Notes: generated by a model not told the origin, from the sequence alone. A DNA stretch of 64,000 nt from Nibricoccus sp. (GCA_047602425.1 JASGHG010000001.1:4672001-4736000), one strand, 5' to 3'. Positions 8,645-18,755 are shown, counted from the stretch's first letter. Numbers and translations are program-made.

Positions 8645-10489
8645 TTAGCTGGCGTCGACGTAACGCGAGATGCGTGTAACCGTGTACGTCTCTTCGGAAG
8701 TGCCGATTTTGACCTTCACGCTGTCGCCAATTTTCTTCGAGAGAAGCGCAAGGCCGAGCGGAGTCTTGTAGGCGATGATGTTCTTTTCCGGCACGCTGTC
8801 CCAAGCGCCAAGGATCGAGTAGCGGGCGGTGTTGCCGGAGGCGCCGACTTTGACCTCGACGACGCTGCCGATACCAACCTGGTCGTTGGTGGCTTCGGTG
8901 AAATCGGTGATGCGAGCGCGGCCGAGTTCTTTTTCGAGCAGAGACTTCTGGGCCATGAGCACCTGCTGATCCTGCTTGGCCATCTTGTATTCGGAATTTT
9001 CCTTGAGATCGCCATGCTCGCGAGCGGCGGCGATGGCCTTGGAGTTCTCCGGAATTTTCTGGGATTTGATGGTTTCGTATTCCTCGCGTTTACGCTCGTA
9101 GCTGTCGCGGGAAACGAGGAGCTGCTCTTCCTTGCCCTCGGCGTCGCCGGCGACGATCGATTGGATCGAGGGGAAGATTTTGATGAAGCGGGCGAGCAGC
9201 GATTTTTTCGTCAGCTCTTCGAAGCCTTGGTTCAAGAGCAGGGTATTCGCGAGGTCGCGAGCGGTTTCCGGATCGGCGGTCGAAAGAAGATCGCCGATGA
9301 GCTCGGTGTCATCGCTAAGGATTTCCGCGAGCGGAATACGACGTGCACTGGAAGCTTGGAGCGCCTCGTAATCGATCGCGAAGAAAATGGCGCTGAGGAG
9401 GCGCGGCGTGATGAGGTCGTGAAGCAGCTTGGCGAATTTCTTCGAATGGCGATTCTTGACGATCCAGAGAAGAACGGGAGCGCGGAGGTTTTGCTCGACC
9501 TGCCAACGCTTGAGCGCGGCGGCGAGTTCGTCGGCGTGACCGTTTTCGACGAGGAAATTGATGCACTCGGTGGTGAATTTGCCCTGGCTGGTCTTCAGCA
9601 GATTGAAGGCGATGTCGCGAGTCTCGACCGGGTGGGTTTCTTTGACGAGGTCGAGGAAACGGCCTTGGAATTGGACGGGAATTTTGTCGGCCATGTCCGC
9701 GAGTTCGCGAACGTCGGAGACGAGGGAAGCCTGACTCGGTTCAAAGGCGGTTTCGTCGCCGATGGCTTTGGCGAGTTGATCGCGCACATGCGCGCCGTAG
9801 AGACGTTCGGCCGCGTCGATCTGGTTGCTGTCTTTCACAGCTTCGGCGACACCGGTGAGAATGGCTTTGAGGTCAGTTTTGACTTCCTTGGACTCGATCG
9901 CGGAAATGAGATCTTCGGCGAGGCTGATGCGGCGGCGGGCCGAACGCGTGCCGTTGAATTGCTCAAGGATCTCGTCTTCGGCGGAAACGGGGGTTTCGCG
10001 GAGGATGTAGCACTCGGTTTTCTTGGCCGGGATGGCGATGCGCGGGTCCTTGGCGACCGCTTTCTTCGCAGACGACCACCATTTTTTAAACTTATCTTCA
10101 CCGATGACTTGGGCGAGGGTGAGCTCCAGGTCGATCGCGGTGGTGGCGTTGTTGGGATAAGATTGGAGGGCCTCGACGATGAGCTGAGCGGGATTGTTTT
10201 CGATGAGGTCGTTGATCTTGGCCGTGTCGGTTTGTTTGCGGACCAGCAGATGGTTGGCTGGGAGGACATCCATGGTGGTCACACAAAAGGCGGGGTCCAT
10301 CTGATGGGACTTCTTGCCCTCGAAATCGATGACGAGCTTGAGCGCGCTTTCGTCGAAGGATTTGATCTGACCGAAGCCCCAGCTGCGGTGAACGACATAA
10401 CTGCCGGATTTCATGGCCTCCAACTTGGCTTTGGACGCCTTAAGCGTCGGGTTTTTGGCGATGAGTGCAGATACAGCTTCCGAATTCAT
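8645..10489 (-). CDS. greA: GreA/GreB family elongation factor with long N-terminal extension
   Basis: C-terminal AIAAAREHGDLKENSEYKMAK and IAYKTPLGLALL Gre motifs; start taken at MNSEAVS (10489). Confidence 0.85.
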   Translation of the reverse strand: MNSEAVSALIAKNPTLKASKAKLEAMKSGSYVVHRSWGFGQIKSFDESALKLVIDFEGKKSHQMDPAFCVTTMDVLPANHLLVRKQTDTAKINDLIENNPAQLIVEALQSYPNNATTAIDLELTLAQVIGEDKFKKWWSSAKKAVAKDPRIAIPAKKTECYILRETPVSAEDEILEQFNGTRSARRRISLAEDLISAIESKEVKTDLKAILTGVAEAVKDSNQIDAAERLYGAHVRDQLAKAIGDETAFEPSQASLVSDVRELADMADKIPVQFQGRFLDLVKETHPVETRDIAFNLLKTSQGKFTTECINFLVENGHADELAAALKRWQVEQNLRAPVLLWIVKNRHSKKFAKLLHDLITPRLLSAIFFAIDYEALQASSARRIPLAEILSDDTELIGDLLSTADPETARDLANTLLLNQGFEELTKKSLLARFIKIFPSIQSIVAGDAEGKEEQLLVSRDSYERKREEYETIKSQKIPENSKAIAAAREHGDLKENSEYKMAKQDQQVLMAQKSLLEKELGRARITDFTEATNDQVGIGSVVEVKVGASGNTARYSILGAWDSVPEKNIIAYKTPLGLALLSKKIGDSVKVKIGTSEETYTVTRISRYVDAS

Positions 10490-10624
10490 AGAGAGTGGTT
10501 TTGCGAGTCTGAACCGACAAGTTGAGGGCATCGGGGGGGTGGATGTCAACAACCGCGCTGCAAATGTGTGCGGTGCCTCAGGCTTCGGTCTTGCAAACAC
10601 GAAGCATGCGCAGAGCGTGACGCG

Positions 10625-11944
10625 ATGGAAAAAAATGACGTCCACGTCGCGACAACCCCTTGGTCAGCCGCAGTAAAATTATTGGAGCGCTGGCTGGAAA
10701 ACAATGAGCGGGTCGACGCGTTGCTCGAAACTTTGCCGCGCACGTTGACGGGCGTCGACCGTGGGCGTTGCCAAAGTCTCCTCTTTGGCGCCTTGCGCAA
10801 TCTGGGCCGCATCGAGGCGCATACAACGAAACTGATCGAGCGTCCGCCACGAGCCCGGCTGCGCGCTGTGCTGTTGGTCGCGGGCTTCGAATTGATCGAA
10901 GGCGGTGACGAACATCATGTCGCGCGCGTCGTTCACCACGCCGTTGAACAAACAAAAACCCTCGCAAGCCCTGCGGAGGCGCGGTTGGTCAACGCCGTGG
11001 TCCGCAAACTTGCGGCCGCGCTCGCCGCGGAGTCCGCTCCGCCGAAGTTGGCGACGGCCGATCAGCTGGCCGCCTATTATTCTCACCCGAAATGGCTGGT
11101 CGAACGCTGGCTTTCGCAATTCGGCGCGCCGGCCACCCGTGAATTTCTTGAATGGAATCAAAAACCCTCGTCCGTCTACGCCCGCTGGCGTTTGCGCGAG
11201 CGCGGGCCGTCGCCCGACGAACTCGCATGGCTGACGCCCACGGCTTGGGCTGGTTTTTATGAGGTCAAGCAGGGCAATTGGGCCAACATCGAAGCGTTGC
11301 TGGCCGCGGGAGCCCTGTATTTGCAGGATCCGTCTACGCGGCTCGCCGTCGAACTGCTCGCCCCGCAGCCCGGCGAAACGATTCTGGACACTTGTGCCGC
11401 ACCCGGTGGAAAAAGCGTCGCCATCGCCGACGCCATGCGCAGTACGGGTGATGTCGCGGCGGGCCGTGTCGTCGCGATGGATCTGCCCGGTGATCGTATC
11501 GAGCGACTCAAAGAGAATCTCGGCCGCGTCACGGGCGTGGATGTCGCCTTGGTTCAAGCCGACATCGCCAAAGCCAATCCACGGCTTTTCGAAGACTTGA
11601 ATCTTCCGTCCGAATATAAAGCGGTGCTCATCGATGTGCCATGTTCGAACACCGGCGTGATGCGCCATCGTGTCGATGTCCGCTGGCGTTTGCAGGAAAA
11701 TGATTTTGCAAAACACGCCCGCCAACAACGGGACTTGTTATACTGGGCCTCTCGACGCGTGGCACCGGGCGGGCGTCTCGTTTACAGCACATGCAGCGTC
11801 GACGCCGAAGAAAACGAACGTGTGATCAGCGCGTTTCTCGAAAAGTCGGGCGGACGCTTCGCGCTGGCAGATTCCGCGGTGACGCTGCCGTGGATGTCGG
11901 GCCACGATGGCGCGGCCGCATTTTTGCTCGTGCGCAAAGCGTGA
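10625..11944 (+). CDS. rsmB: RsmB/NOP (Sun) family rRNA m5C methyltransferase with NusB-like N-terminus
   Basis: YSHPKWLVERW, LQDPST, ILDTCAAPGGKS, VLIDVPCSNTG and LVYSTCS motifs. Confidence 0.88.
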   Translation: MEKNDVHVATTPWSAAVKLLERWLENNERVDALLETLPRTLTGVDRGRCQSLLFGALRNLGRIEAHTTKLIERPPRARLRAVLLVAGFELIEGGDEHHVARVVHHAVEQTKTLASPAEARLVNAVVRKLAAALAAESAPPKLATADQLAAYYSHPKWLVERWLSQFGAPATREFLEWNQKPSSVYARWRLRERGPSPDELAWLTPTAWAGFYEVKQGNWANIEALLAAGALYLQDPSTRLAVELLAPQPGETILDTCAAPGGKSVAIADAMRSTGDVAAGRVVAMDLPGDRIERLKENLGRVTGVDVALVQADIAKANPRLFEDLNLPSEYKAVLIDVPCSNTGVMRHRVDVRWRLQENDFAKHARQQRDLLYWASRRVAPGGRLVYSTCSVDAEENERVISAFLEKSGGRFALADSAVTLPWMSGHDGAAAFLLVRKA

Positions 11945-12160
11945 GGCCAGACAGGTCGCGCGCTCTTAGCCTCCGGCCAAGCCGTGATCGCCACGTCGTC
12001 CATCTCCGGTGACGTGGGTTTTGGGGTTGCATGCTTGGTTAGCTGAATCGCATCGCTGTCTTTCTCCACGTCGGCTCCCTACATGACCTGCGGTAATCCG
12101 CCGGATGGCGAAGGTATTTGCCGATCTATATTTTGAGAGCCCAACGTGGAGGAAAACCAA

Positions 12161-13714
12161 ATGACGAATTTATATTACAAGAAGCTGCGCATGGCTCTCA
12201 CGATCGGCGGATTTGTTTTCGCTGTTACAATGGTTATGAAACTGAGCATGAGTGCGGCCAACCCGCCGACACCGGCTCCGCTGCCAGATGCTACCGAGGA
12301 CGCGCAAACGCCGCGTCCCATGCCCGGAAACCGGCCAGAACAGAAAAAGAATGCCCACGACACATCGGGAGTCTTCGGGGCGGAGAAGGCGCCACCGGCA
12401 TCCACGGCGTTTCAAGCGCAGCCTGATCAGGGCGAAATGAAGGGCTTCGATTTTGCGCGCGATCCATTGAACGCGAAAACACCGAACGAAAGCCCAGAGG
12501 CAATCATGAAGGCTGACATCGCCGCGAAGGACGGTGTCATGTCCAAGCAGCGCGAACTTTTGGCGCAGCGTTACGATCTTACGCCACGCCTCGATCCGGA
12601 GGTGAAGATGACTCGCGGCAAACCGATCGCGGTGGGCCCCACGGCGAAACTGCGCAGCGGACTCACCTGGGAGCGGCTGGCCAATCTGTCGGCTGATCAA
12701 ATCCGCAGCCAGGGTGTTTTCCCGTACCCGTCATTGCCCCACCCGAAACAATCGACAGGAGGACAAGTTTTCCCCCAGGTCCAAATTGAAATGTTTCCAA
12801 GGCTTCAACGCTTCGACGTCGATTTCGATTTGCCCGAGGCGTTTCTGCCGGAATTTCCGGCGGCGATCTTTTTGCAGAACCGTCCGGAGCTGGGCGACGT
12901 TTCACGCGGCGAGGTGGTGTCCATCAATAATTTCTTCCGCTTGTTCAAAGATATCCTGACGCCTGTGCAATTGGACGGTCTCCAGTTTCTGGTTACACCT
13001 TTTCCTCAGGAGGAATTTAACCCGACCGACGATCGGAAAACCATGAACCCGAGTCTGGGAGTTTCATGTTTTGACTGTCACGTCAACGGGCACACGACCG
13101 GTCAGTTTCACCTCTCCCCAGATATACGCCCCCAGCAGCGTAGGTTTCGTTTGGATACAACGAGTTTGCGCGGCCTGTTTAATCAGCAGATTCACGGATC
13201 GAAACGCAGTCTGCGCTCGGTGGAAGATTTCACGGAATTCGAGCAGCGAACCGCCTATTTCAACGGCGATCCGATTCGCGCGATTAAAAAGGGTGCCAAT
13301 ATTCTCGACCGCGTTCGGGTGAGCCACATGGCGCAATTGCAGAACATGCTCGATTTTCCGCCTGCCCCAAAATTGACGCCAGCGGGTCGTTTGGATCCGA
13401 CGAAGGCCTCGACAAAAGAAATGCGGGGAGAAGCGGTGTTTTTTGGAAAAGGTCAGTGTGCCAGCTGCCACACTCCGCCGGCCTACATGGACCAGCAAAT
13501 GCATGATCTGCACGTGGAGCGGTTTCTCAACGAAGGTCCGGACGGCCCGATCAAGACCTTTACCCTCCGTGGAATCAAGGAAAGTCCGCCGTACCTTCAC
13601 GATGGACGCTGCCTGACGCTCGAAGATACGGTTGAATTCTTTAACCTTGTGCTTGAACTAAAGCTCAATGCCGAGGAAAAGTCCGACCTCGTCGCCTTTA
13701 TGCGTGTTTTGTGA
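12161..13714 (+). CDS. Exported di-haem cytochrome c (cytochrome c peroxidase/MauG-like superfamily)
   Basis: Two CxxCH motifs (CFDCH, CASCH), TFTLRGIKESPPYLHDG motif and N-terminal hydrophobic segment; GGAGG RBS upstream of ATG 12161. Confidence 0.75.
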   Translation: MTNLYYKKLRMALTIGGFVFAVTMVMKLSMSAANPPTPAPLPDATEDAQTPRPMPGNRPEQKKNAHDTSGVFGAEKAPPASTAFQAQPDQGEMKGFDFARDPLNAKTPNESPEAIMKADIAAKDGVMSKQRELLAQRYDLTPRLDPEVKMTRGKPIAVGPTAKLRSGLTWERLANLSADQIRSQGVFPYPSLPHPKQSTGGQVFPQVQIEMFPRLQRFDVDFDLPEAFLPEFPAAIFLQNRPELGDVSRGEVVSINNFFRLFKDILTPVQLDGLQFLVTPFPQEEFNPTDDRKTMNPSLGVSCFDCHVNGHTTGQFHLSPDIRPQQRRFRLDTTSLRGLFNQQIHGSKRSLRSVEDFTEFEQRTAYFNGDPIRAIKKGANILDRVRVSHMAQLQNMLDFPPAPKLTPAGRLDPTKASTKEMRGEAVFFGKGQCASCHTPPAYMDQQMHDLHVERFLNEGPDGPIKTFTLRGIKESPPYLHDGRCLTLEDTVEFFNLVLELKLNAEEKSDLVAFMRVL

Positions 13715-13800
13715 GCGGTCGCCGCGAAACAGAACCGAGATCGGCTGGGGCAGGGTGGGACGCAGCATGGTTGGTCCTGCCTTCGGCACCCGCAGTCCGA

Positions 13801-15360
13801 TCATCGGTGGCTCGTCCACTGCGCGTCATTATCCTTTGCAATGCGAGCCATGGAACGGTGGCTCAGTACGGACATGTCGTCTCGTCGCGGGCTGATTGCC
13901 GTCGCAGGGCGGCCCGATTTTGCGATCAGCCACACATCCTTTCCGTCGTCGCTCCGGATTTTGAACATGTGCCATTCGCCCTTCAGTTTTTTGCCCCTCA
14001 GCAAAAGTTTTAGACTGCCGGATTCCACGCTCCCGCTGAGCAATTCATAGGTGCCGATGTCCCAGACCATGACGGTGCCGCCGCCGTATTGGCCTTTGGG
14101 AATGGTTCCTTCGAAGCGCATGTAGTCGAGTGGATGGTCCTCCACGGCGAAGGCGGAACGCTTCACGCCGAGCTCCGTCGGCACGCCCTTGGGAATTGCC
14201 CATGATTTTAATGTACCATCCATCTCCAGGCGGAAATCGTAATGCAGGTGGGAAGCCGCATGCTTTTGAATGACGAACCGGGAGCCTCCGTTCGCGTCGT
14301 TCGATCTGGCGTTTTTTGCTTGGCGCCCTTTTCTCCTGCCGGTGGACGAAGGTTCGGCTGTCTTGGTGAAATCGCGTTTCGCCTCGTAGGCCGCGAGTTT
14401 TTGTTTTGAGTTTTCCGGCGGGTCCACCGCCGGGCTTTGGCGGGCGAAGGCGCGGGGCAGTTTTTGTTTCAACACGAGAACGGGCGCAAAAAGGTCGCCC
14501 TTCTTTTCGAGTCTTTTCACCGCGGCATCGGGGGAAAAGAAAAGCGCGTCGGTTTTTTTGCTTCGCTCGGCTTTCTTGAACTCCTCCCACGTGACGGGCA
14601 TGGAAATATAGGGTTCGTCGCGTTTTCCGCGCATCGAATAAACGGATACGGTGGTCTTGGAGCGGGAGTTTTGACTCCAATCGATCAGCACTTTGCCTCG
14701 GCGCAGTTCCTTGGGCATGGCGCTTACGACCAGCTTGGGTTGTTGCTTGGCGAGTAGTTCGGCCACCGCTTTGGCGAAAGCCCCGGTTTCCTCATAGGTG
14801 GCCGCCGTGTTGAGCGGCAGATAGATCTGAAGTCCTTTCGATCCGGAAACCTTGGGAAAAATTTCCAGTTTCAAACCGTCGGTGATTTCCTTGATGAGAA
14901 AAGCGACGCGGATGCAGGTGAGGAGATCGGCGCCTTCACCCGGATCGAGATCGAAAACGACATGGGTGGGACAATCGAGCTTTGGCACGCGATGGAGAAA
15001 CGGATGCAATTCCATGGCCGCCATGTTGGCGCACCAAGCAAGTGTTTCGGCATCGTTGATCAGCAAATAGTCGATCTCACCCTCATGATGGCGGCGCGGC
15101 ACCGAGAAAGTCTTGATCCATGAAGGGCGGAAACGCGGCGCATTTTTTTCGTAGAAGCGCTCGCCCGTAATGCCATCGGTGAAGCGGATGGTTGTAATCG
15201 GGCGATCCCGAAGATGTGGCAGGATCGCAGGCGCCGCTTGCAGATAATAGTGAATCATTTCCCCCTTGGTGAATTTGGTCTTGGGGAAAAATATTTTTTC
15301 CAGATTGGAAAATTTCACCTCACGCTCTGGCGCGTCCGGAACTTTTTTATTTTTCGGCAT
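13801..15360 (-). CDS. ligD: LigD polymerase domain fused to 3'-phosphoesterase domain
   Basis: Pol motifs NLEKIFFP...TKGEMIHYY, VFDLDPG, KVSGSKGLQ, VLIDWSQN; PE motifs YEAKRDFTKTAEP, FVIQKHAASHLHYDFRLE, SWAIPKG. Confidence 0.9.
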   Translation of the reverse strand: MPKNKKVPDAPEREVKFSNLEKIFFPKTKFTKGEMIHYYLQAAPAILPHLRDRPITTIRFTDGITGERFYEKNAPRFRPSWIKTFSVPRRHHEGEIDYLLINDAETLAWCANMAAMELHPFLHRVPKLDCPTHVVFDLDPGEGADLLTCIRVAFLIKEITDGLKLEIFPKVSGSKGLQIYLPLNTAATYEETGAFAKAVAELLAKQQPKLVVSAMPKELRRGKVLIDWSQNSRSKTTVSVYSMRGKRDEPYISMPVTWEEFKKAERSKKTDALFFSPDAAVKRLEKKGDLFAPVLVLKQKLPRAFARQSPAVDPPENSKQKLAAYEAKRDFTKTAEPSSTGRRKGRQAKNARSNDANGGSRFVIQKHAASHLHYDFRLEMDGTLKSWAIPKGVPTELGVKRSAFAVEDHPLDYMRFEGTIPKGQYGGGTVMVWDIGTYELLSGSVESGSLKLLLRGKKLKGEWHMFKIRSDDGKDVWLIAKSGRPATAISPRRDDMSVLSHRSMARIAKDNDAQWTSHR

Positions 15361-15386
15361 GACACAAAAATCCAGAGATGCGCCAA

Positions 15387-16232
15387 TCACGCAGCGCTGC
15401 GACGCGCGGTTTTGGTTGGTTTGGCGGCTTTGCGTTTCGTGGGCTTAGAAGTTCCGCGTGCTTCGGCCAGGCTCTGCTGGAGAATCGAAGCGAGATCGAT
15501 GACATTGGTCGCTGGTTTCTCGTGCTTGGTTCCGCCGGGAAGTTCTTTTCCGCCAGCCGCGACCTTGCGGTCGATTAGTTTCATCAAGGCGGATTTGTAT
15601 TCGTCGGTATAACGACGCGGATCCCAATCCTCCGTCATTTGTTTCACGAGAGTTTTGGCCATTTCCAATTCGCGTTTGCCAATCGTCTTGCCACCGGTGG
15701 CCTGCTTGACGGTTTCGGCGGGGACAAGTTCATCGGCGAAGTGCATCAGTTCGAGCACGAGCAAATTGCCATTGGCCTTCACGGCGGCGAGATGTTGACG
15801 GGTGCGGATGACAACTTTGGCGATACCGGCTTTGTTCGTGTCGGCGAGAACATCGCGAAGCAGCGCGTAGGTGCTGGAACCGCCTTTTTGCGCCTCCAAA
15901 TAATAAGGCCGGTGGAAAAACATCGGGTTGATTTGCGAGATCTCGACGAAATCGACGATGTCGATCGTGTCCGTTGCCTCGAGATCGACACGCCGAAAAT
16001 CCTCGTCCTTGAGCACGACAAATTTTCCTTTTTCGTATTCGTAACCTTTGACGATTTGGTCCCAAGGCACCTCTTTGCCGTCGATGGCCGCGACACGTTT
16101 ATAATTCACCGGGCTCATGTCCTTGGCGCGGAGCAGGCGGAATTTGAGCTCCTCGGTGCGCGTGGCGTTTTGCAGGGCCACGGGAATGCTAACCAAACCA
16201 AAACTGATGGAACCTTTCCAAATTGCGCGCAT
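15387..16232 (-). CDS. ku: Non-homologous end-joining protein Ku
   Basis: MRAIWKGSISFGLVSIPV, IVKGYEYEKG and a basic C-terminal tail. Confidence 0.96.
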   Translation of the reverse strand: MRAIWKGSISFGLVSIPVALQNATRTEELKFRLLRAKDMSPVNYKRVAAIDGKEVPWDQIVKGYEYEKGKFVVLKDEDFRRVDLEATDTIDIVDFVEISQINPMFFHRPYYLEAQKGGSSTYALLRDVLADTNKAGIAKVVIRTRQHLAAVKANGNLLVLELMHFADELVPAETVKQATGGKTIGKRELEMAKTLVKQMTEDWDPRRYTDEYKSALMKLIDRKVAAGGKELPGGTKHEKPATNVIDLASILQQSLAEARGTSKPTKRKAAKPTKTARRSAA

Positions 16233-16253
16233 GGCAAAACCTTTTGTTAGGGG

Positions 16254-17312
16254 TTAATGGGTGGAGTTAAAACGGCCGTTTTGTTTCTTTACGGAGGTTG
16301 CGGCTCCCGCTTCGCGCCGGACTTCCGTGGCGGCCTTGTCCTTGCGCAAGCCAAGGAAAACGGGCTGTCGCAACAGGCCGTCGTGCGTCCATTCGCCAAA
16401 GCGAATTTGGGCGACAAACTTGGGGTCGAGCCAGGTGACCTTTCTCATTTCGGCGCGTGTCATTCCTTGACCGAAACGCGGCCGCCGCTCCATGGGCAGA
16501 TTTGAAAAGGGGCAGTCGTCGCGCTGAATTTTCGAGAATAAACCGTGGAGTTTTTGCAGCGCTGCGAAATCGAAACCCGTGCCGACTTTCCCGGCGTAGA
16601 GAAGTTTGCCGCGCTGATAATAACCGACAAGAATCGCGCCGAAATACGAACGGCTATTGCGTGGCTCGGTGAAACCGCCAATCACGAATTCCTGTTCGTT
16701 TAAAACTTTCCATTTCAGCCACGCGCCGGACCGGCGATCGGGTTCGTATAACGAGGCGGGTCGTTTCGCGATGAGACCTTCCAAGCCCTGTTCCTGGATT
16801 TTCGGCATCAGGTGGGCGGGCTCGATCACGAAAACGGGCGAGAGTTGCAAGGGAGCCATTGGACGCTTCAGAAGTTTTTCCAGCGCGGCGCGACGCTCTT
16901 CGATGGGACGTGACATGAAGTCTTCGTCATCGAGCTGAACGAGGTCGAAAAGACAGTAAGCGATAGGGGGCCGCGCGGCGGAAATTTCTCGCGCTTGCAG
17001 CAACTGAAACCGCGAGCGGCCCGCTTCGTCGAGAGCGACGATTTCGCCATCAAGAATGGCGCTGCGGCATTTAAGAGCCCCGAGGGCTTTGACGATTTCG
17101 GGATAGTCGGCGGATATGTTTTTTTCGTTACGCGACCACAGTTCAGCGGCGCCGTCGTCAAGCAGCGCCAGCGCGCGATAGCCGTCGAATTTAATTTCGC
17201 AACGCCACGTTCCCGAGGGCGGAGTCGAGACACCCAACGCCTTCATGGGAATCACAAAGGATGGCGAGCGTGGAGACCGTTGGCCCAGGGAAGTGGTTGC
17301 GCGAAATGACAT
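16254..17312 (-). CDS. ligD: ATP-dependent DNA ligase (LigD ligase domain)
   Basis: EIKFDGYR adenylation motif, ILDGEIV, EGLIAKR, WLKWK, YAGKVGTGF and LRQPVFLGLRKDK; start taken at MSFRATT. Confidence 0.9.
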   Translation of the reverse strand: MSFRATTSLGQRSPRSPSFVIPMKALGVSTPPSGTWRCEIKFDGYRALALLDDGAAELWSRNEKNISADYPEIVKALGALKCRSAILDGEIVALDEAGRSRFQLLQAREISAARPPIAYCLFDLVQLDDEDFMSRPIEERRAALEKLLKRPMAPLQLSPVFVIEPAHLMPKIQEQGLEGLIAKRPASLYEPDRRSGAWLKWKVLNEQEFVIGGFTEPRNSRSYFGAILVGYYQRGKLLYAGKVGTGFDFAALQKLHGLFSKIQRDDCPFSNLPMERRPRFGQGMTRAEMRKVTWLDPKFVAQIRFGEWTHDGLLRQPVFLGLRKDKAATEVRREAGAATSVKKQNGRFNSTH

Positions 17313-17325
17313 GATGGGGGTAATG

Positions 17326-18388
17326 CTAGGATTTTGCGCGTGAGTTGCGGACGGCTCGGTGTGCTTTGGGCTTCTTGCGAGTCGTTCGGCGGCCTGCATT
17401 TTCGCCACCGCGCCGGTTGCGCCACGGCCAGTTGGCAGCTGTACGTGGCTTTTCGGTGATTTTTTCGATGGCGGGTGGTTCGTCTGGGGCAGGGCCGATT
17501 TCAAGGAAGTGCGCGAGGCGCATGGCATCGTAGGGCGCGCGAACCTTAACATCGTTGTCGAAATAGACGAAAATGTCGCGACCGGCGGCTCGCGGAGAAA
17601 CCGGCGAAACGAGACGCTGCCCGGCCGCCAGATTCCCGCCGCTGTGCCAGGTGCGCAATTTTTTCTCCCAGGAGCGCAACGCCTTTTCCGTATAACCGCT
17701 GACATAGAGCTCTTCGTCACCATGCAGACGGATGTAGATGAAATCGGAGGTGACGTCTTGGATCAGGGGCCATTTTCCCGCGGTATCGGCGACGACCGCA
17801 GCGACATCATGCTTGCGCAGCAAATTCACGAAGTCGGGCGTCATGAACGAACCATGGCGAACCTCCAAGGCATGGCGAAGGGGACGATTGCGACCGGTCT
17901 TGGTCCAGGCATCGGAAAGCCGTTCGTCATGTCTTTTCGCCAGCCGCGCGGCCTCAGCGGTATCACGTGGCAGCAATTTGAAAAATGCGACGAGACGCTC
18001 CGGATCAAAAGGCAGGCTGGGCGGCAGTTGCCAGAGAAGCGGCCCGAGTTTTTCCTCCAGCAAAAGCAACCCTGACGCGAAAAAGTTCGCGACAGGCCCC
18101 TCGATTTCCTTAAGCCGCCGGATGTGCGTTACGTAGCGCGGGCATTTCACCGAGAAAACAAAATCGTCCGGCGTTTGTTTGTACCAACTGCGATAACTCG
18201 ACGAGCCGCTGCGTGGAGTAGAAAGTGCCGTTGATTTCGATCGAATTGACCTGACGCGAGGCATAGGCGAGTTCGTCTTTTTGCGGGAGATCCGCCGGAA
18301 AAAACGTTTTCCGCCAAGGAGGATAACGCCAACCGGAAATGCCAATACGATAGGACGGCGCCGAGTTTTTTTTCGCGGAACGATTCAC
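17326..18388 (-). pseudogene. DUF72 family protein, interrupted by a 1-nt frameshift near 18204
   Basis: The N-terminus (RIGISGWRY...SIEINGTFYSTQR) is in ORF 18110-18388 and the remainder (SYRSWY..TPDDFVFSVK...LWQLPP...YIRLHG...YFDND) is in ORF 17326-18345. Confidence 0.8.
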
Positions 18389-18613
18389 TCATCTTCGGAC
18401 CGACGACGGCTTGCTTGGTATCGCAACGGCGCATCAGGTAAATTCTTGCACCGCACCACGGAAAATCCGCTTGTCGGAAATGGAAGAGCAACGTTCTGAA
18501 AAACCAGAAATGGACTTCTCTAACAAACTAACAAAAACGCAGCCGCTTCACGGAAGGGGCTATTAATTCACGTTCCATAGCACAGCCAGAAGGAGATATC
18601 AGCCCAGTCCAAT

Positions 18614-18641
18614 ATTAGACATAATATTTATTGTGCGCAAC
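18614..18641 (-). other. XerC/XerD dif-like recombination site
   Basis: Minus strand reads GTTGCGCACAA-TAAATA-TTATGTCTAAT, with 11-6-11 architecture closely matching E. coli dif GGTGCGCATAA-TGTATA-TTATGTTAAAT; lies in an AT-rich intergenic gap. Confidence 0.8.
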
Positions 18642-18755
18642 AAACGGGGAGAGCTTAGAATGCTTTAAAAGGCCCGACGCGAGGCGAATTCAATTCCAAC
18701 AGTCGGTTGTTAAGATCTTGATTACAATGGTACAAAAGCTCTAAGAGAATGGCCC

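Noticed and set aside
8549..10525. Long antisense ORFs (658 aa here; also 2126-3550, 4279-5322, 40681-41979, 49954-51399, 52477-54300, 60634-62040, 62650-63963)
   Set aside because: They overlap well-supported genes on the opposite strand and show no recognisable motifs; expected in high-GC DNA.
17313..17723. Extended N-terminus of the ligase ORF (489 aa from 17723)
   Set aside because: It overlaps the DUF72 coding region in another frame; a start at 17312 gives a typical ligase-domain protein.
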